39,218 nt of DNA. It comes from a virus. Taxonomy: Duplodnaviria; Caudoviricetes. The notes under the pieces are model-generated. The model made no database searches. It worked only from the letters and a program-made list of their open reading frames with translations, and was not told the DNA's origin. This document shows, in pieces, positions 1-8,677 of the stretch. Location: positions 1 through 39,218 of the IMG/VR virus record IMGVR_UViG_3300035491_000249. One strand, written 5' to 3'. Every line of letters begins with the position of its first letter. Position 1 is the first letter of the stretch. Position numbers and translations under genes: made by a program.

Positions 1-133
1 CCCTTCGGGGCGCTTTTTGCGTTTTGAGGCCTTGTTGTTCACCAAAGGGCCAAAACAATATCCTGATGAAGCCCCTCCCGGCCCTGGGGGAGGGAGCTGA
101 TTGCAAAAAACGGCAGGCGGGCGACACACTTTT

Positions 134-138
134 GGAGA
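134..138 (+). repeat. 5-bp target-site duplication GGAGA, left copy
   Basis: Immediately precedes the TG end; identical to 39111-39115. Mu generates 5-bp duplications. Confidence 0.88.
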
Positions 139-371
139 TGTAACCCACCACAGAGAATGATAAATCCGGGAGGAGATTGGATCGCACGGAATCTCATGGG
201 AGGAATCCAGGACTGGCGAGGGTTTGCGGGGCGTGGTGCGGTGTGCGGCGGTGATTTGGTGAAAGTCGCTCAGTTTGACAAAACTCGGGGGGTGGCTGCG
301 TGCTGTGACGGGTATTTTGATAAAAATCGTTAATCGCTGTTTGGTTCGGTTGGTTTGATAAATTCGGCGGG
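139..371 (+). promoter_or_regulatory. Left end (attL) with candidate transposase-binding repeats
   Basis: Repeated TGA(T/C)AAA motif: TGATAAATCCGG 158-169, GTTTGACAAAACTCGG 273-288, TTTGATAAAAATCG 316-329, GTTTGATAAATTCGG 353-367. Confidence 0.6.
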
Positions 372-381
372 TTCAGTGTTT

Positions 382-408
382 AAGGGGCGTTTGGTGCGCC
401 CCTTTTTT
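382..408 (+). terminator. Intrinsic terminator just inside the left end
   Basis: AAGGGGCG-TTTGGTG-CGCCCCTT followed by a T run. Confidence 0.6.
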
Positions 409-591
409 GATCTGGCTTGTGGATAACCGCACAAGCCCAGCCTGGATGCGGCTTGGCGCGTTACTCAGGCTGATGCGGTGGGGTGCGGAATGGGGCCGAT
501 GCGGCGCTACGGGCTGCGTGTTTACGGCGGTTATGACCTGCGGCTGAAGCGGACCTTGCCCCGCTTTTTACTGCGGATTACGCATCGATCC

Positions 592-725
592 GGTTCCGAT
601 TCGTCGCCATGGAGTCGGAACTTGGGTTCCGACTCAACAAAATCAGTTCCGACTTCATTTATGGCACTGATATGAAAGGGATTTATTTCTGCGTTATCTT
701 TCGCGTCGTCGCTTGGAGTCGGAAC
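592..725. repeat. Operator-like array of five GTTCCGA(C/T) half-sites, including a perfect 10-bp inverted repeat
   Basis: Sites at 593, 612-621 (reverse), 626-635, 646-654 and 716-725 (reverse); GAGTCGGAAC-TTGG-GTTCCGACTC at 612-635. Confidence 0.8.
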
Positions 726-735
726 CGGAAACGGA

Positions 736-1137
736 CTATTCTTCGGACCTTGGAACTACTTTCAGCCCGGCTTGCTCAAGGTTCTGAGCCACAGACTCTT
801 CATAGGATAACGCCTCCTCTTCTGCACCCGTGGCGGCGTCGAAGGCTGCGGCCACCTCGGCAGCGGCGGCCAGCAGGCGCGCTATTTCTCGGGCTTCCTG
901 GGCGGTGGCGTCTGTCAGTTCTGGCCAGCGTACCAGGGTTCTGGTAGGCCAGGTGCCATTACCTTCTTGGTCTGAATCGAGACGTATATTCAGGCCGAGC
1001 ACTCTTTCCCCTGGATGTTCCGGGGTCGTATGCAAGTGAATGTAAACAAAGTCGCCGGGAATGGTCATGGTGACTTCTGACGGCTTAACCCCTTGTTTTT
1101 CAAACACTGTTATAGCGATTTCCTGAAAGTCGATCAC
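736..1137 (-). CDS. Hypothetical acidic protein, probably co-transcribed with the repressor
   Basis: 133-aa ORF, GTG start 13 nt downstream of the repressor stop, G-rich RBS, same strand. Confidence 0.7.
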   Translation of the reverse strand: MIDFQEIAITVFEKQGVKPSEVTMTIPGDFVYIHLHTTPEHPGERVLGLNIRLDSDQEGNGTWPTRTLVRWPELTDATAQEAREIARLLAAAAEVAAAFDAATGAEEEALSYEESVAQNLEQAGLKVVPRSEE

Positions 1138-1150
1138 CGTGCCCCCCTGC

Positions 1151-1984
1151 TTAGCTAATGTCTTTGCCTATCCACACCACCTGGCCGATTACCTGCAGGT
1201 GCTCCAGTTCGGCAGCGGGAATAACCTGGGTGTTGTATTCCTTGTTGTCTGAAATCAGCTCTATGCCGCCGTCCCAGCGCTTTTGAATGCGCTTGGCGTA
1301 AAGCTGATCGCCCAGGCGAACCACGAATATCTTGCCGTCGACGGGACTGGTGCTGGCCAGGTTGATCAGCAGGCTGTCGCCGTCCTTGATGGTGGGCTCC
1401 ATGGAGTCACCCCGGGCGAACACCACCTTGAGTTGCTCGGGCTTAAAGCCGCGATAGCTGAGCCAGCGGCGGCGAAAGGCCAGGCGGCGGGTGACCTCGG
1501 CCCCTTCGCCAAAAGCGCCATGGCCGGTGCTGACGGCCACATGGTAGCCCTCGATCAGGGCGTACTCTTCTTCAAAGTTGCGCTGGCGCCTTAACTGATC
1601 TTTGCGTTCCAAGTCGCTCCAGTCCGTTTCAACCCACATCTGTATACCGACGTCGGCTGCCTTGCTTATATGGGCCTGCTGTTCTTTTGCTTTGGTGTCT
1701 ATGTCGCTGTTAAACCAGAAGGAATCCGGCAGGGACTCCTTGGGGCCTTCGCCAGTCGCTAACCATTCCAGGTTTACACCCTTATAGCGCGCAATGGCCA
1801 CGAGCTTGTCGAACGTCGGTTTAGACGTGCCTGGTGGCAGGTATTTGCGTAGCCCTCCTTCCGAAATCCCAACCATCTTCCCAAAAGAACGCAATGACTC
1901 ATCACCTATGAGTTCTTTAAGGCGCTCGGGGAAGGTTGCTATTCCCTCGGGGCAAAAAGCAACTGGGTTGTTTTTCTCTGGCAT
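1151..1984 (-). CDS. Phage repressor: N-terminal HTH plus C-terminal S24 (LexA/CI-type) peptidase domain
   Basis: HTH SLRSFGKMVGISEGGLRKYL; S24 motifs GDSMEPTIKDGD and KRIQKR..ELISDNKEY; divergent from ner. Confidence 0.92.
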   Translation of the reverse strand: MPEKNNPVAFCPEGIATFPERLKELIGDESLRSFGKMVGISEGGLRKYLPPGTSKPTFDKLVAIARYKGVNLEWLATGEGPKESLPDSFWFNSDIDTKAKEQQAHISKAADVGIQMWVETDWSDLERKDQLRRQRNFEEEYALIEGYHVAVSTGHGAFGEGAEVTRRLAFRRRWLSYRGFKPEQLKVVFARGDSMEPTIKDGDSLLINLASTSPVDGKIFVVRLGDQLYAKRIQKRWDGGIELISDNKEYNTQVIPAAELEHLQVIGQVVWIGKDIS

Positions 1985-1994
1985 AAGTTGCTAT
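1934..1994. promoter_or_regulatory. Operator-like GTTGCT/AGCAAC array overlapping the 5' end of the repressor gene
   Basis: GTTGCTAT at 1935 and 1987; AAAAAGCAAC-TGG-GTTGTTTTT near-palindrome at 1954-1975. Confidence 0.6.
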
Positions 1995-2081
1995 CCGGCG
2001 TAAAGCATTGAATTGCAAGTCTTTATGTCTCGTAGGGCGCAATGGTGCGCACAATAAGAAAAGAAACTCGTAAAAAAAGAC

Positions 2082-2110
2082 TTGCTCGCGTCTAAAAGTG
2101 ATCCTAGAGT
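2082..2110 (+). promoter_or_regulatory. Candidate early promoter (Pe-like)
   Basis: TTGCTC-17 bp-TAGAGT upstream of ner in the AT-rich divergent region. Confidence 0.5.
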
Positions 2111-2181
2111 GTCTCATGTGTCGCATACGGCTAGATGCTAAGTGAGACAGTTAACCCGAAATACTAACACGGTGATACGTC

Positions 2182-2409
2182 ATGAATATACACAATGCCA
2201 ACCATATCCACGCAGCTCTTCGAGCTCAGGGAATGACCAGCCGGTCATGGGCCTTGGCGCATGGCTACCACCCCCGCACCGTTCTGCACTGCATTCAGAT
2301 GTTTGCGCCGGATACCGGACGCCAGCCTAAGCGGCCCCATGCCAAGGCCATTGTGGAAGCGCTGTCGGAGACCATCGGCTGCAACCTGATGGGAGGCGAG
2401 CATGAATAA
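2182..2409 (+). CDS. ner: Ner-like DNA-binding protein
   Basis: 75 aa, IHAALRAQGMTSRSWALAHGY HTH pattern; first early gene, before the transposase. Confidence 0.75.
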   Translation: MNIHNANHIHAALRAQGMTSRSWALAHGYHPRTVLHCIQMFAPDTGRQPKRPHAKAIVEALSETIGCNLMGGEHE

Positions 2410-4621
2410 GGAATGGTTTACCGCGCAGGAGCTTATCGACCTGCCTGGACTGCCTACCACTCCCTATGGAGTGCGCAAAAAGGCGGATAACGAGGGATGG
2501 AAAAGCCAAAAGCGCGCCCAAGGCAAGGGCCTCGAATACCACCTTTCCAGCCTGCCGCTGGAAGCCAAACAGGCGCTGGCGAAGCTGGAAGTGGCGGCCA
2601 TTGCCGGCAGCGACTCGCCGGCGGCGAAAGCGGGCCGGGCCATGGCCCAGCTGGCCGCGCCGGGGCCGGATCTGGCAGCACGGGCCCAGGGCATGAAGCA
2701 GTTGATCACCATGGCCCCGCACAAGCGGGAGCGGGCGGAAGTGCGCGCCCTGATCGTGCAGGCCAGGGCCCGTTTTTGCGCCCCCTATATAGAAGTGCGG
2801 CAACTGGTGAAGGGCGAACAGGCGTTTGTGGCCGCCTACAACCGGCGCGAACTGGAGCTGCCGGCCGAGGTGTACGACCAGGTGAAAACCGTGTCTGTCG
2901 CCAGCCTGCGGCGGTGGGAAAAAACCCTGGAAGGCGAGGGGCTGGCGGCGCTGGCCGGCCGCTACAAAAGCAGCCGCCAGCACCTGGTGGACGAGAACCC
3001 GGCGCTTGCCGACTTTCTCAAGGCGCTGGTTACCGCCAAGCCGCACCTGGTGAACAAGTGGAGCCATCTGCACCGGCTGCTGAGCGTGTATGTGAGCAAG
3101 AACGGCCTGCCCTGGGCGGTGCCCAGCCAGTCCAGCCTGCGGCGCTGGCTTACCCGCTGGCTCGATGCCAACCAGGCGGCCTTTGCCTTTGCCACCAACC
3201 CGAAAAAGTACAACGACAAATACCGCACGGCGGTGGAGCGGATGTACCCCTGGATGAAGGCGCCCAACGACGTGTGGGAGTTCGACTCCACCCCGGTGGA
3301 CGCCATGCTCACCACCGGCCGGCACAGCATTATTGCGGTGATCGACGCCTACACCCGGCGGGTGCGGCTGCTGGTGGCACCCACCTCCAGTGCCGAGGGC
3401 ATTTGCCTGCTGCTGCGCAAGACCCTGCTCAGCTGGGGCACGGTGAACGAGGGCGGGTTAATCCGCACCGACAACGGCTCCGACTATGTGTCGAAGCGCA
3501 CCACCGCCATTTACAACCTGCTGGGGCTGGAAGTGAGCCGGGCCAACGCCTTCAGCGGCTGGGAAAAGCCCTTTATCGAGCGGTTTTTCCGCACCCTCAG
3601 CCACGGCCTGGTTGAGCTGCTGCCGGGCTACATCGGCCACAACGTGGCGGACCGGGAAGTGATTGAAGCACGCATGGAGTTCGCCAAGCGGCTGGAAGAA
3701 AAGCGCAAGCCCGAGCACGAGAAGGAAGGCTTTGATCTGCGCATGACTCAAGGCGAGCTGCAGCAGCTGCTGGATGACTGGGTGGATGCCTATTACCACC
3801 AGCAGCCCCATGACGGCGAGGGCATGAACGGCAAAACCCCGGCGGAAAAATACCGGGAAAGCCGCTACCAGCCCCGCGCCATTAGCGACGACGGCGCCCT
3901 GGATGTGCTGCTCAACTTTGCCGGCGAGGCCACGGTGCTGAAGGGCTTTATCAAGCTGGGCGGGCTGCGCTACACCGCGCCCGAGCTGCTGGAAAACGAC
4001 TGGAAAGGCCAGCGGGTGCAGGTGTTTCTGGATCCGGCCGACGTGGGCCGCGCCTTTGTGTACCGCCAGGGTGACATGGAAAACCGGGTGGAGGCGGTGG
4101 ACGCCAGCCAGCTGGGCCGCGAGGTCAGCCCCGCCGAGTACCGGGAGAAGAAAAAAGAAGACTTCAAGGCGCTGCGCAACTTCCGCCGGGGCATGAAAGA
4201 CCTGGCCAAGGCCTACGGGGTGGACCACCTGCACCAGGACGTGGTGGAGCACTTCACCGAGCAGGCAAAAAAACTGGCCGAGCTGCCCGTTGGCCACCGG
4301 GACCATGGGGTGGAGGCCATCCGTGCCCTGGGCGACGTGGCCAGCCGGCTGAAAAACCCGGAGGAAAATCGCTATTCCGAGGCCCAGGTGCAACACCTGC
4401 AAATGAAGCGGGAACTGCTGGAGCAGCGCCAGGAGGAAGTGCAGCAACAGCAAGGGCTGCTTATTCGCAACGAGCACGACAAAGCCAGGCAACTGGCGCA
4501 GCAGTCGCTGGAACGTGAACTGACCGACAGGGAAACCGCCTGGTTGGAAGACTACAAGCGCCGCAACGTGCTGGGGGCCAAGCGCATAGAAGAAATGATG
4601 GCAGGACGCAAGCTGGGGTGA
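2402..4621 (+). CDS. Mu-type DDE transposase (MuA)
   Basis: N-terminal Mu DNA-binding domain (EWFTAQELIDLPGLP..GLEYHLSSLP); DDE motifs WEFDSTP, RTDNGSDY and KPFIERFF; YHQQPH. Confidence 0.95.
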   Translation: MNKEWFTAQELIDLPGLPTTPYGVRKKADNEGWKSQKRAQGKGLEYHLSSLPLEAKQALAKLEVAAIAGSDSPAAKAGRAMAQLAAPGPDLAARAQGMKQLITMAPHKRERAEVRALIVQARARFCAPYIEVRQLVKGEQAFVAAYNRRELELPAEVYDQVKTVSVASLRRWEKTLEGEGLAALAGRYKSSRQHLVDENPALADFLKALVTAKPHLVNKWSHLHRLLSVYVSKNGLPWAVPSQSSLRRWLTRWLDANQAAFAFATNPKKYNDKYRTAVERMYPWMKAPNDVWEFDSTPVDAMLTTGRHSIIAVIDAYTRRVRLLVAPTSSAEGICLLLRKTLLSWGTVNEGGLIRTDNGSDYVSKRTTAIYNLLGLEVSRANAFSGWEKPFIERFFRTLSHGLVELLPGYIGHNVADREVIEARMEFAKRLEEKRKPEHEKEGFDLRMTQGELQQLLDDWVDAYYHQQPHDGEGMNGKTPAEKYRESRYQPRAISDDGALDVLLNFAGEATVLKGFIKLGGLRYTAPELLENDWKGQRVQVFLDPADVGRAFVYRQGDMENRVEAVDASQLGREVSPAEYREKKKEDFKALRNFRRGMKDLAKAYGVDHLHQDVVEHFTEQAKKLAELPVGHRDHGVEAIRALGDVASRLKNPEENRYSEAQVQHLQMKRELLEQRQEEVQQQQGLLIRNEHDKARQLAQQSLERELTDRETAWLEDYKRRNVLGAKRIEEMMAGRKLG

Positions 4622-4689
4622 GAACCGCGAGCGTCCCGCCAATAGCCGACCCGAGCGGGTCAACCAAAAGAAGAAGACAGGAGTATGAG

Positions 4690-5391
4690 ATGAAAAACGT
4701 AGTGGCACCAGTAAAAAACGTGGTGGCGGCGCAAGACGCCTTCGACAACCTGTGCAACCGCTCCCTGGGGGTGCCCGGCATCGGGCTCATCCACGGCGAA
4801 ACCGGTTACGGCAAGACCACCGCCGTCACCTACCTGTTCAACCAGGTCAACGGCATCTATGTGCGCGCCTTGTCGGCCGACACTCCCAGCAGCCTGCTGG
4901 GCCGGGTAATGGGTGAGCTGGGTGCCCAGCCCATGGCCCGCACCGCCCGCATGGTGGACTTTGTACTGGAGCACATGAGCATGCACGAACGGCCGCTGTT
5001 TATTGACGAGGCCGACTACCTGATGGACGACCTCAAGCTGCTGGAAACCGTGCGCGACCTGTACGACTGCACCGAGGTGCCGGTGGTGCTGATTGGCATG
5101 GATCAGATTGCCCGGCGCATCAGCACCCGCCGCCAGTTCTTTAACCGCATCAGTGAGTGGGTGGAGTTCAAGCCGGCGGATCTGGAAGACGTGCAGATTG
5201 CCGCCGACGCCATGCTGGATGGCGGGGTCACCATTGATGTTGACCTGCTGGACGAACTGCGCCGCCAAGCCAAGGGGGAGATGCGCACCATTGCCATTGG
5301 CCTCGACAAAATCGAGCGCCTGGGCCGGGCCAACGATCTGGACTGCGTCACCCTGGCGCACTGGGGTAACCAACCGTTCAAGTTGCGCTAG
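4690..5391 (+). CDS. MuB-like AAA+ transposition ATPase
   Basis: Walker A GETGYGKT, Walker B LFIDEAD; ATG at 4690 after an AGGAG RBS. Confidence 0.92.
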   Translation: MKNVVAPVKNVVAAQDAFDNLCNRSLGVPGIGLIHGETGYGKTTAVTYLFNQVNGIYVRALSADTPSSLLGRVMGELGAQPMARTARMVDFVLEHMSMHERPLFIDEADYLMDDLKLLETVRDLYDCTEVPVVLIGMDQIARRISTRRQFFNRISEWVEFKPADLEDVQIAADAMLDGGVTIDVDLLDELRRQAKGEMRTIAIGLDKIERLGRANDLDCVTLAHWGNQPFKLR

Positions 5392-5399
5392 GAGGTGCA

Positions 5400-5924
5400 A
5401 TGGCAAAGCGTCGTCTGGCGTGGCAGTTCCTGCGCCTGTGTTTTGACCGAGGCAGTGATTTCAGTGCCGAGCAGGTGGCCGAGGCGGTGGGCATGACCGG
5501 TGAGCGGGCGCGGGCCTTTATGACCCAGCTCAACCACCTGGGGCGGCTGGAGCGGGTATGGGAGGGACGCACCGCGCTCACCCACCGTTACCGCCTGCTG
5601 GATGCCAGTCCGCTGCCGCTGTTCAAGCGCAAGCAACCGCGCAAGCAGCCGCGGGTGCACCAGCGCATCTGGAACAGCGTGCGCATTCTGCGAATGTTCA
5701 CGGTGGCCGAGGTGGCCGCCACGGCCCGGGCCTCGGAGATCACTACCCGCAGTTATGTGCGGGCGCTGGAGCGCAGCCGGCTGCTGCGGGTGGTGAGCAA
5801 GGAAGAAGGGCGGGTGGTGTACCGGCTGAACCTGGACGCGGGAAGCGAGCCGCCCCAGGTGCAGCAAAGTGGGGTGTATGCCCCCGGCCGGGCACAGCTT
5901 TACCCCTACCGGGAGGAAGCATGA
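5400..5924 (+). CDS. Early protein with probable tandem winged-helix domains
   Basis: Two FSAEQVAEAVG / FTVAEVAATA-type HTH segments; GGAGG RBS. Confidence 0.7.
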   Translation: MAKRRLAWQFLRLCFDRGSDFSAEQVAEAVGMTGERARAFMTQLNHLGRLERVWEGRTALTHRYRLLDASPLPLFKRKQPRKQPRVHQRIWNSVRILRMFTVAEVAATARASEITTRSYVRALERSRLLRVVSKEEGRVVYRLNLDAGSEPPQVQQSGVYAPGRAQLYPYREEA

Positions 5925-6433
5925 GCAAGGAATGGATGGACGTGCTCAGGGCGCGCACCGCTGAAACCAGCCAGCGCAAGGTGGCGGAGGAGCTGGGGGT
6001 GAGTGCGGCCATGGTGAATCAGGTGCTCAAGGGCAGCTACACCGGCAACACCGACACCCTGCGCACCAGGGTGGAAGGGGCCTACATGGATCAGTGCGTG
6101 GCCTGCCCGGTGCTGGGGCGGCTGCCGGTGCACGAGTGCGAAGAGAACCAGAAGCGGCCCTTTACCGCCAGCAACCCCCAGCGGGTGCGGCTGTATCGGG
6201 CCTGCCGGGCGGGGTGCCCGCACTCAAAGCTCAGCCGCACCGCCACCACCCAGCGCATTGATGTGCAGCCGGTGGAGGAGGGCCGCTACCTGGTGGATCA
6301 ACAACTGGACTATTGCGAGCGCATGGCGGCGGGCGACAACGCCCGCCAGGTGGAGCTGCTGCGCCGGGAGCTACGCCAGGTGGCCCAGCGTTTAAACGAC
6401 CTGTTATGGCAACGCAAATTCAAGGGGAATTGA
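5921..6433 (+). CDS. HTH protein with Cys-rich region
   Basis: Start MSKEW at 5921 (ATGA overlap); SQRKVAEELGVSAAMVNQVL HTH; CVACPVLG..CRAGCPH. Confidence 0.75.
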   Translation: MSKEWMDVLRARTAETSQRKVAEELGVSAAMVNQVLKGSYTGNTDTLRTRVEGAYMDQCVACPVLGRLPVHECEENQKRPFTASNPQRVRLYRACRAGCPHSKLSRTATTQRIDVQPVEEGRYLVDQQLDYCERMAAGDNARQVELLRRELRQVAQRLNDLLWQRKFKGN

Positions 6434-6435
6434 AC

Positions 6436-6696
6436 ATGGCTCAAACAGTGGCAATGCACAATCAGGCCCGCCGCGCCGTGCGCTGGCTGGCGGAACGTGG
6501 GGTTATGGCCCGGGCGGTAAAGGCCGCCCCGCGCCGGCCCTATATCGAAATCGACCAGCCCTGCCCGGATCTGGCCGGAGCTGCGGTGGAAATCACCCAA
6601 ACCGTAAACGGCCTGCGCCGCCGGGTATGGGCCGCCCGCCTGGGCGGGTGCGTGGTGACCTGGGCAGAAACAACAGCAGAAGGAGCTGTGGCATGA
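6436..6696 (+). CDS. Hypothetical early protein
   Basis: ATG at 6436 just after the upstream stop; operonic packing. Confidence 0.65.
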   Translation: MAQTVAMHNQARRAVRWLAERGVMARAVKAAPRRPYIEIDQPCPDLAGAAVEITQTVNGLRRRVWAARLGGCVVTWAETTAEGAVA

Positions 6697-6902
6697 GCAA
6701 GAGCAAGGCAAGGCTGACCATCGATATCACCGAAACCGAGTACGGGTTCAGGGCCGAGTGCCATGTGCTCAAGCCCAACGGGTCCACGATGGCCGGTGAC
6801 AAGGCCATGGCCCTGGCCGAGAACCTGCCGGTGCTGGTGGCATACGTAAAGAATCTGACCAATGAGCAAGACAAGAAGGAACAGCAGCATGCAACACACT
6901 GA
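6693..6902 (+). CDS. Hypothetical early protein
   Basis: ATG at 6693, AAGGAG RBS, ATGA overlap. Confidence 0.65.
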   Translation: MSKSKARLTIDITETEYGFRAECHVLKPNGSTMAGDKAMALAENLPVLVAYVKNLTNEQDKKEQQHATH

Positions 6903-7509
6903 TACCACCATCCCCACCGGTTTTCGCCAGAACGCCATGGGCCACCTGGTGCCGGAGGAGCGGATCGCCCCCATCGACAAACTGCGCGACGACCTGGTGC
7001 TGGGCATCATCACCAAGGCCAAGGCGCACCGGGAGGCACTGGCCGCCTTCAAGCTGGGCGCCATGGCCGAGATTGCCGACTTTGTGGACTTGTCCGCCGA
7101 GGAATACGGGGTGGAGTACGGCGGCGCCAAGGGCAACGTGACGCTGACCAGTTTCGACGGCCGCTACAAGCTGGTGCGTGCGGTGGGCGAGCACCGGGTA
7201 TTCGATGAACGGATACAGGCCGCCAAGGCGCTGATCGACCAGTGCATTGCCCGCTGGAGCGACGGCGCCCGCAGTGAGCTGAAGGCATTGATTGAGCATG
7301 CTTTTAGGGTCAACAAGCAGGGCCGCATCGACGTAAACCAGGTGCTCAGTCTGCGGCAGCTGGACATTGCCGACCCGGAATGGAAGGAGGCGATGGACGC
7401 CATTGCCGACGCCATCCAGGTTAACGGCACCAGCACCTATGTGCGCATGTACGAACGCCAGGGCGACGGCCGCTATCTGCAGATCGCCCTGGACCCGGCC
7501 AAGTTGTGA
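6889..7509 (+). CDS. DUF3164-family Mu-like phage protein
   Basis: GHLVPE..I.PIDKLRDDLV, KGNVTLTSFDG and TSTYVRMYER motifs recalled for this family. Confidence 0.8.
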   Translation: MQHTDTTIPTGFRQNAMGHLVPEERIAPIDKLRDDLVLGIITKAKAHREALAAFKLGAMAEIADFVDLSAEEYGVEYGGAKGNVTLTSFDGRYKLVRAVGEHRVFDERIQAAKALIDQCIARWSDGARSELKALIEHAFRVNKQGRIDVNQVLSLRQLDIADPEWKEAMDAIADAIQVNGTSTYVRMYERQGDGRYLQIALDPAKL

Positions 7510-7519
7510 GGAGGCGGCG

Positions 7520-7705
7520 ATGAACGAACTGTTCCTGGCCCAAGTGACCGAGGGCGACATTGCCGACCAGCTGACCCAGGCCGAAATGCGGATTGACCTG
7601 AACGGCACCGACTACCCGGATGCCACCTATGAAGAGGGCGTGCTCGACGCCCTCAAATGGATAGCCGGGCTGGCCCCGGCGCCCCTGGGCACGGAGGAAG
7701 ACTGA
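7520..7705 (+). CDS. Hypothetical early protein
   Basis: GAGGAGG RBS; YPDATYEEGVLDALKWIAG. Confidence 0.7.
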   Translation: MNELFLAQVTEGDIADQLTQAEMRIDLNGTDYPDATYEEGVLDALKWIAGLAPAPLGTEED

Positions 7706-7909
7706 ATGAGCACGTATCGCAAGCTGGCCGAACAGGCCGCGCAACTGGAGCGGGAGCAGTGTTACTACCAGGCCGCCGAGGCCTGGGAACAGGCCTACCA
7801 GTGGGCCTGCCAGCTGGAGAATCTGCTGTGGTGCAAGCTGCGCGCCGACTTTTGCCGCCACGCCCGCCGCTGGGTGGAGCGGGGGATCAACCGCCAGTCA
7901 GTGGCCTGA
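7706..7909 (+). CDS. ANR-family-like small regulator
   Basis: Y..LAEQAAQLERE..Y.QAAEAW..A...ENLLWC..RADFC pattern typical of ANR proteins. Confidence 0.65.
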   Translation: MSTYRKLAEQAAQLEREQCYYQAAEAWEQAYQWACQLENLLWCKLRADFCRHARRWVERGINRQSVA

Positions 7910-7925
7910 TGAAAGGGAGGGCAAG

Positions 7926-8183
7926 ATGGAAGAGGCGATGGAAAAAACCGCTGCCGGGCTGGAAGCGCTGGAAGTCACGATAAGGGAGAGCGGCGGCAGC
8001 TTTCGCACCGGCCGGGTGTGCGGCCAGCAGGCCAGCTGCACCTACAGCCAGGCCCAGGCGGTAGAAGCGCTGGCGGGCAAGCTGTTCCGCCGCTGGTCAG
8101 TGACGCTGCTGGAGGAATACCCCCACAGCGGCACCGATAACCGCCGTAGCCGCTGGCGGATTGAAGGAGAGCCAAAGCAATAA
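7926..8183 (+). CDS. Hypothetical early protein
   Basis: GGGAGG RBS; ASCTYSQAQAVEALAGKLF motif. Confidence 0.65.
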   Translation: MEEAMEKTAAGLEALEVTIRESGGSFRTGRVCGQQASCTYSQAQAVEALAGKLFRRWSVTLLEEYPHSGTDNRRSRWRIEGEPKQ

Positions 8184-8186
8184 CAA

Positions 8187-8252
8187 GCGAAACGCCCCGA
8201 GTGGTAATGGGGCGTCTGCCCGGCGTGGTGGCCGGGTACTGATGAGCAGCCA
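8187..8252 (+). ncRNA. Type II hammerhead ribozyme
   Basis: GAAA 8189-8192; stem III CGCCCC/GGGGCG; GUC cleavage triplet ending 8216; stem I TGCCCGGC/GCCGGGTA; CTGATGA 8239-8245; 2-bp stem II GC/GC; possible pseudoknot of loop I with GCCA 8249-8252. Confidence 0.88.
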
Positions 8253-8291
8253 GGGCCCCGGTTGTTATCCGCACCTTTACGGAGACAACAT

Positions 8292-8522
8292 ATGCAAACA
8301 CATCAATTGGATACTCACCTCACACAGATTTTCAGTGAGGCCTGCGTGGCGTTCACGCCAAGCGCCAAGCAATCGGTCATCAAAAAGCTGACCCATTTTG
8401 GCGTGCTCGCCAACCAGGGCGGCAAGCCCCAGCTGGCCACCGAGGCGCTGCGCCTCAAGCTGGATCTGGTGGCCGAGCTGCACCAGGCGGGTATCACCCT
8501 GAATGACGAGGTGGCGCCATGA
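8292..8522 (+). CDS. Hypothetical early protein
   Basis: ATG at 8292 after a GGAGA RBS. Confidence 0.65.
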   Translation: MQTHQLDTHLTQIFSEACVAFTPSAKQSVIKKLTHFGVLANQGGKPQLATEALRLKLDLVAELHQAGITLNDEVAP

Positions 8523-8677
8523 GCCACCAGCAGCAACTTGTGGATTACGTAAAACAGCACCACCGCTGCGATGATGCCGCCGCCGAAGCCTGGCTGGATG
8601 CCCACTGCCCGCAATGGCGCAGCGGCAAGTTAGTGGAGGCGGGGCTGATTGAACTGGAGGAAGACGCCGATGCGTAA
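8519..8677 (+). CDS. Small hypothetical protein, 52 aa (not in the ORF track)
   Basis: MSHQQQLVDYVKQHHRCDD...DA*; ATGA overlap with the upstream gene, overlaps the gemA start, GAGG RBS. Confidence 0.6.
   Translation: MSHQQQLVDYVKQHHRCDDAAAEAWLDAHCPQWRSGKLVEAGLIELEEDADA

Noticed and set aside
391-401. TTGGTGCGCCC is identical to the 3' part of VR/TR; possible second DGR target
   Set aside because: Only 11 bp, with no flanking similarity, and it is part of a terminator hairpin. I saw no second VR by eye.
418-426. Perfect DnaA box TGTGGATAA near the left end (also TTATACACA at 39168 in the host flank)
   Set aside because: Isolated 9-mers are expected by chance at this scale, and there is no cluster.
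593-725. Repeats considered as a CRISPR mini-array
   Set aside because: The units are 9-12 bp, mixed in orientation and irregularly spaced, and there are no cas genes.
478-947. Plus-strand ORFs of 65 and 112 aa near the left end
   Set aside because: No RBS or motif support; they overlap the operator-like array, and the longer one also overlaps the better-supported minus-strand gene.
8161-8391. 76-aa ORF spanning the ribozyme
   Set aside because: TTG start, overlaps two better-supported genes and crosses the hammerhead core.
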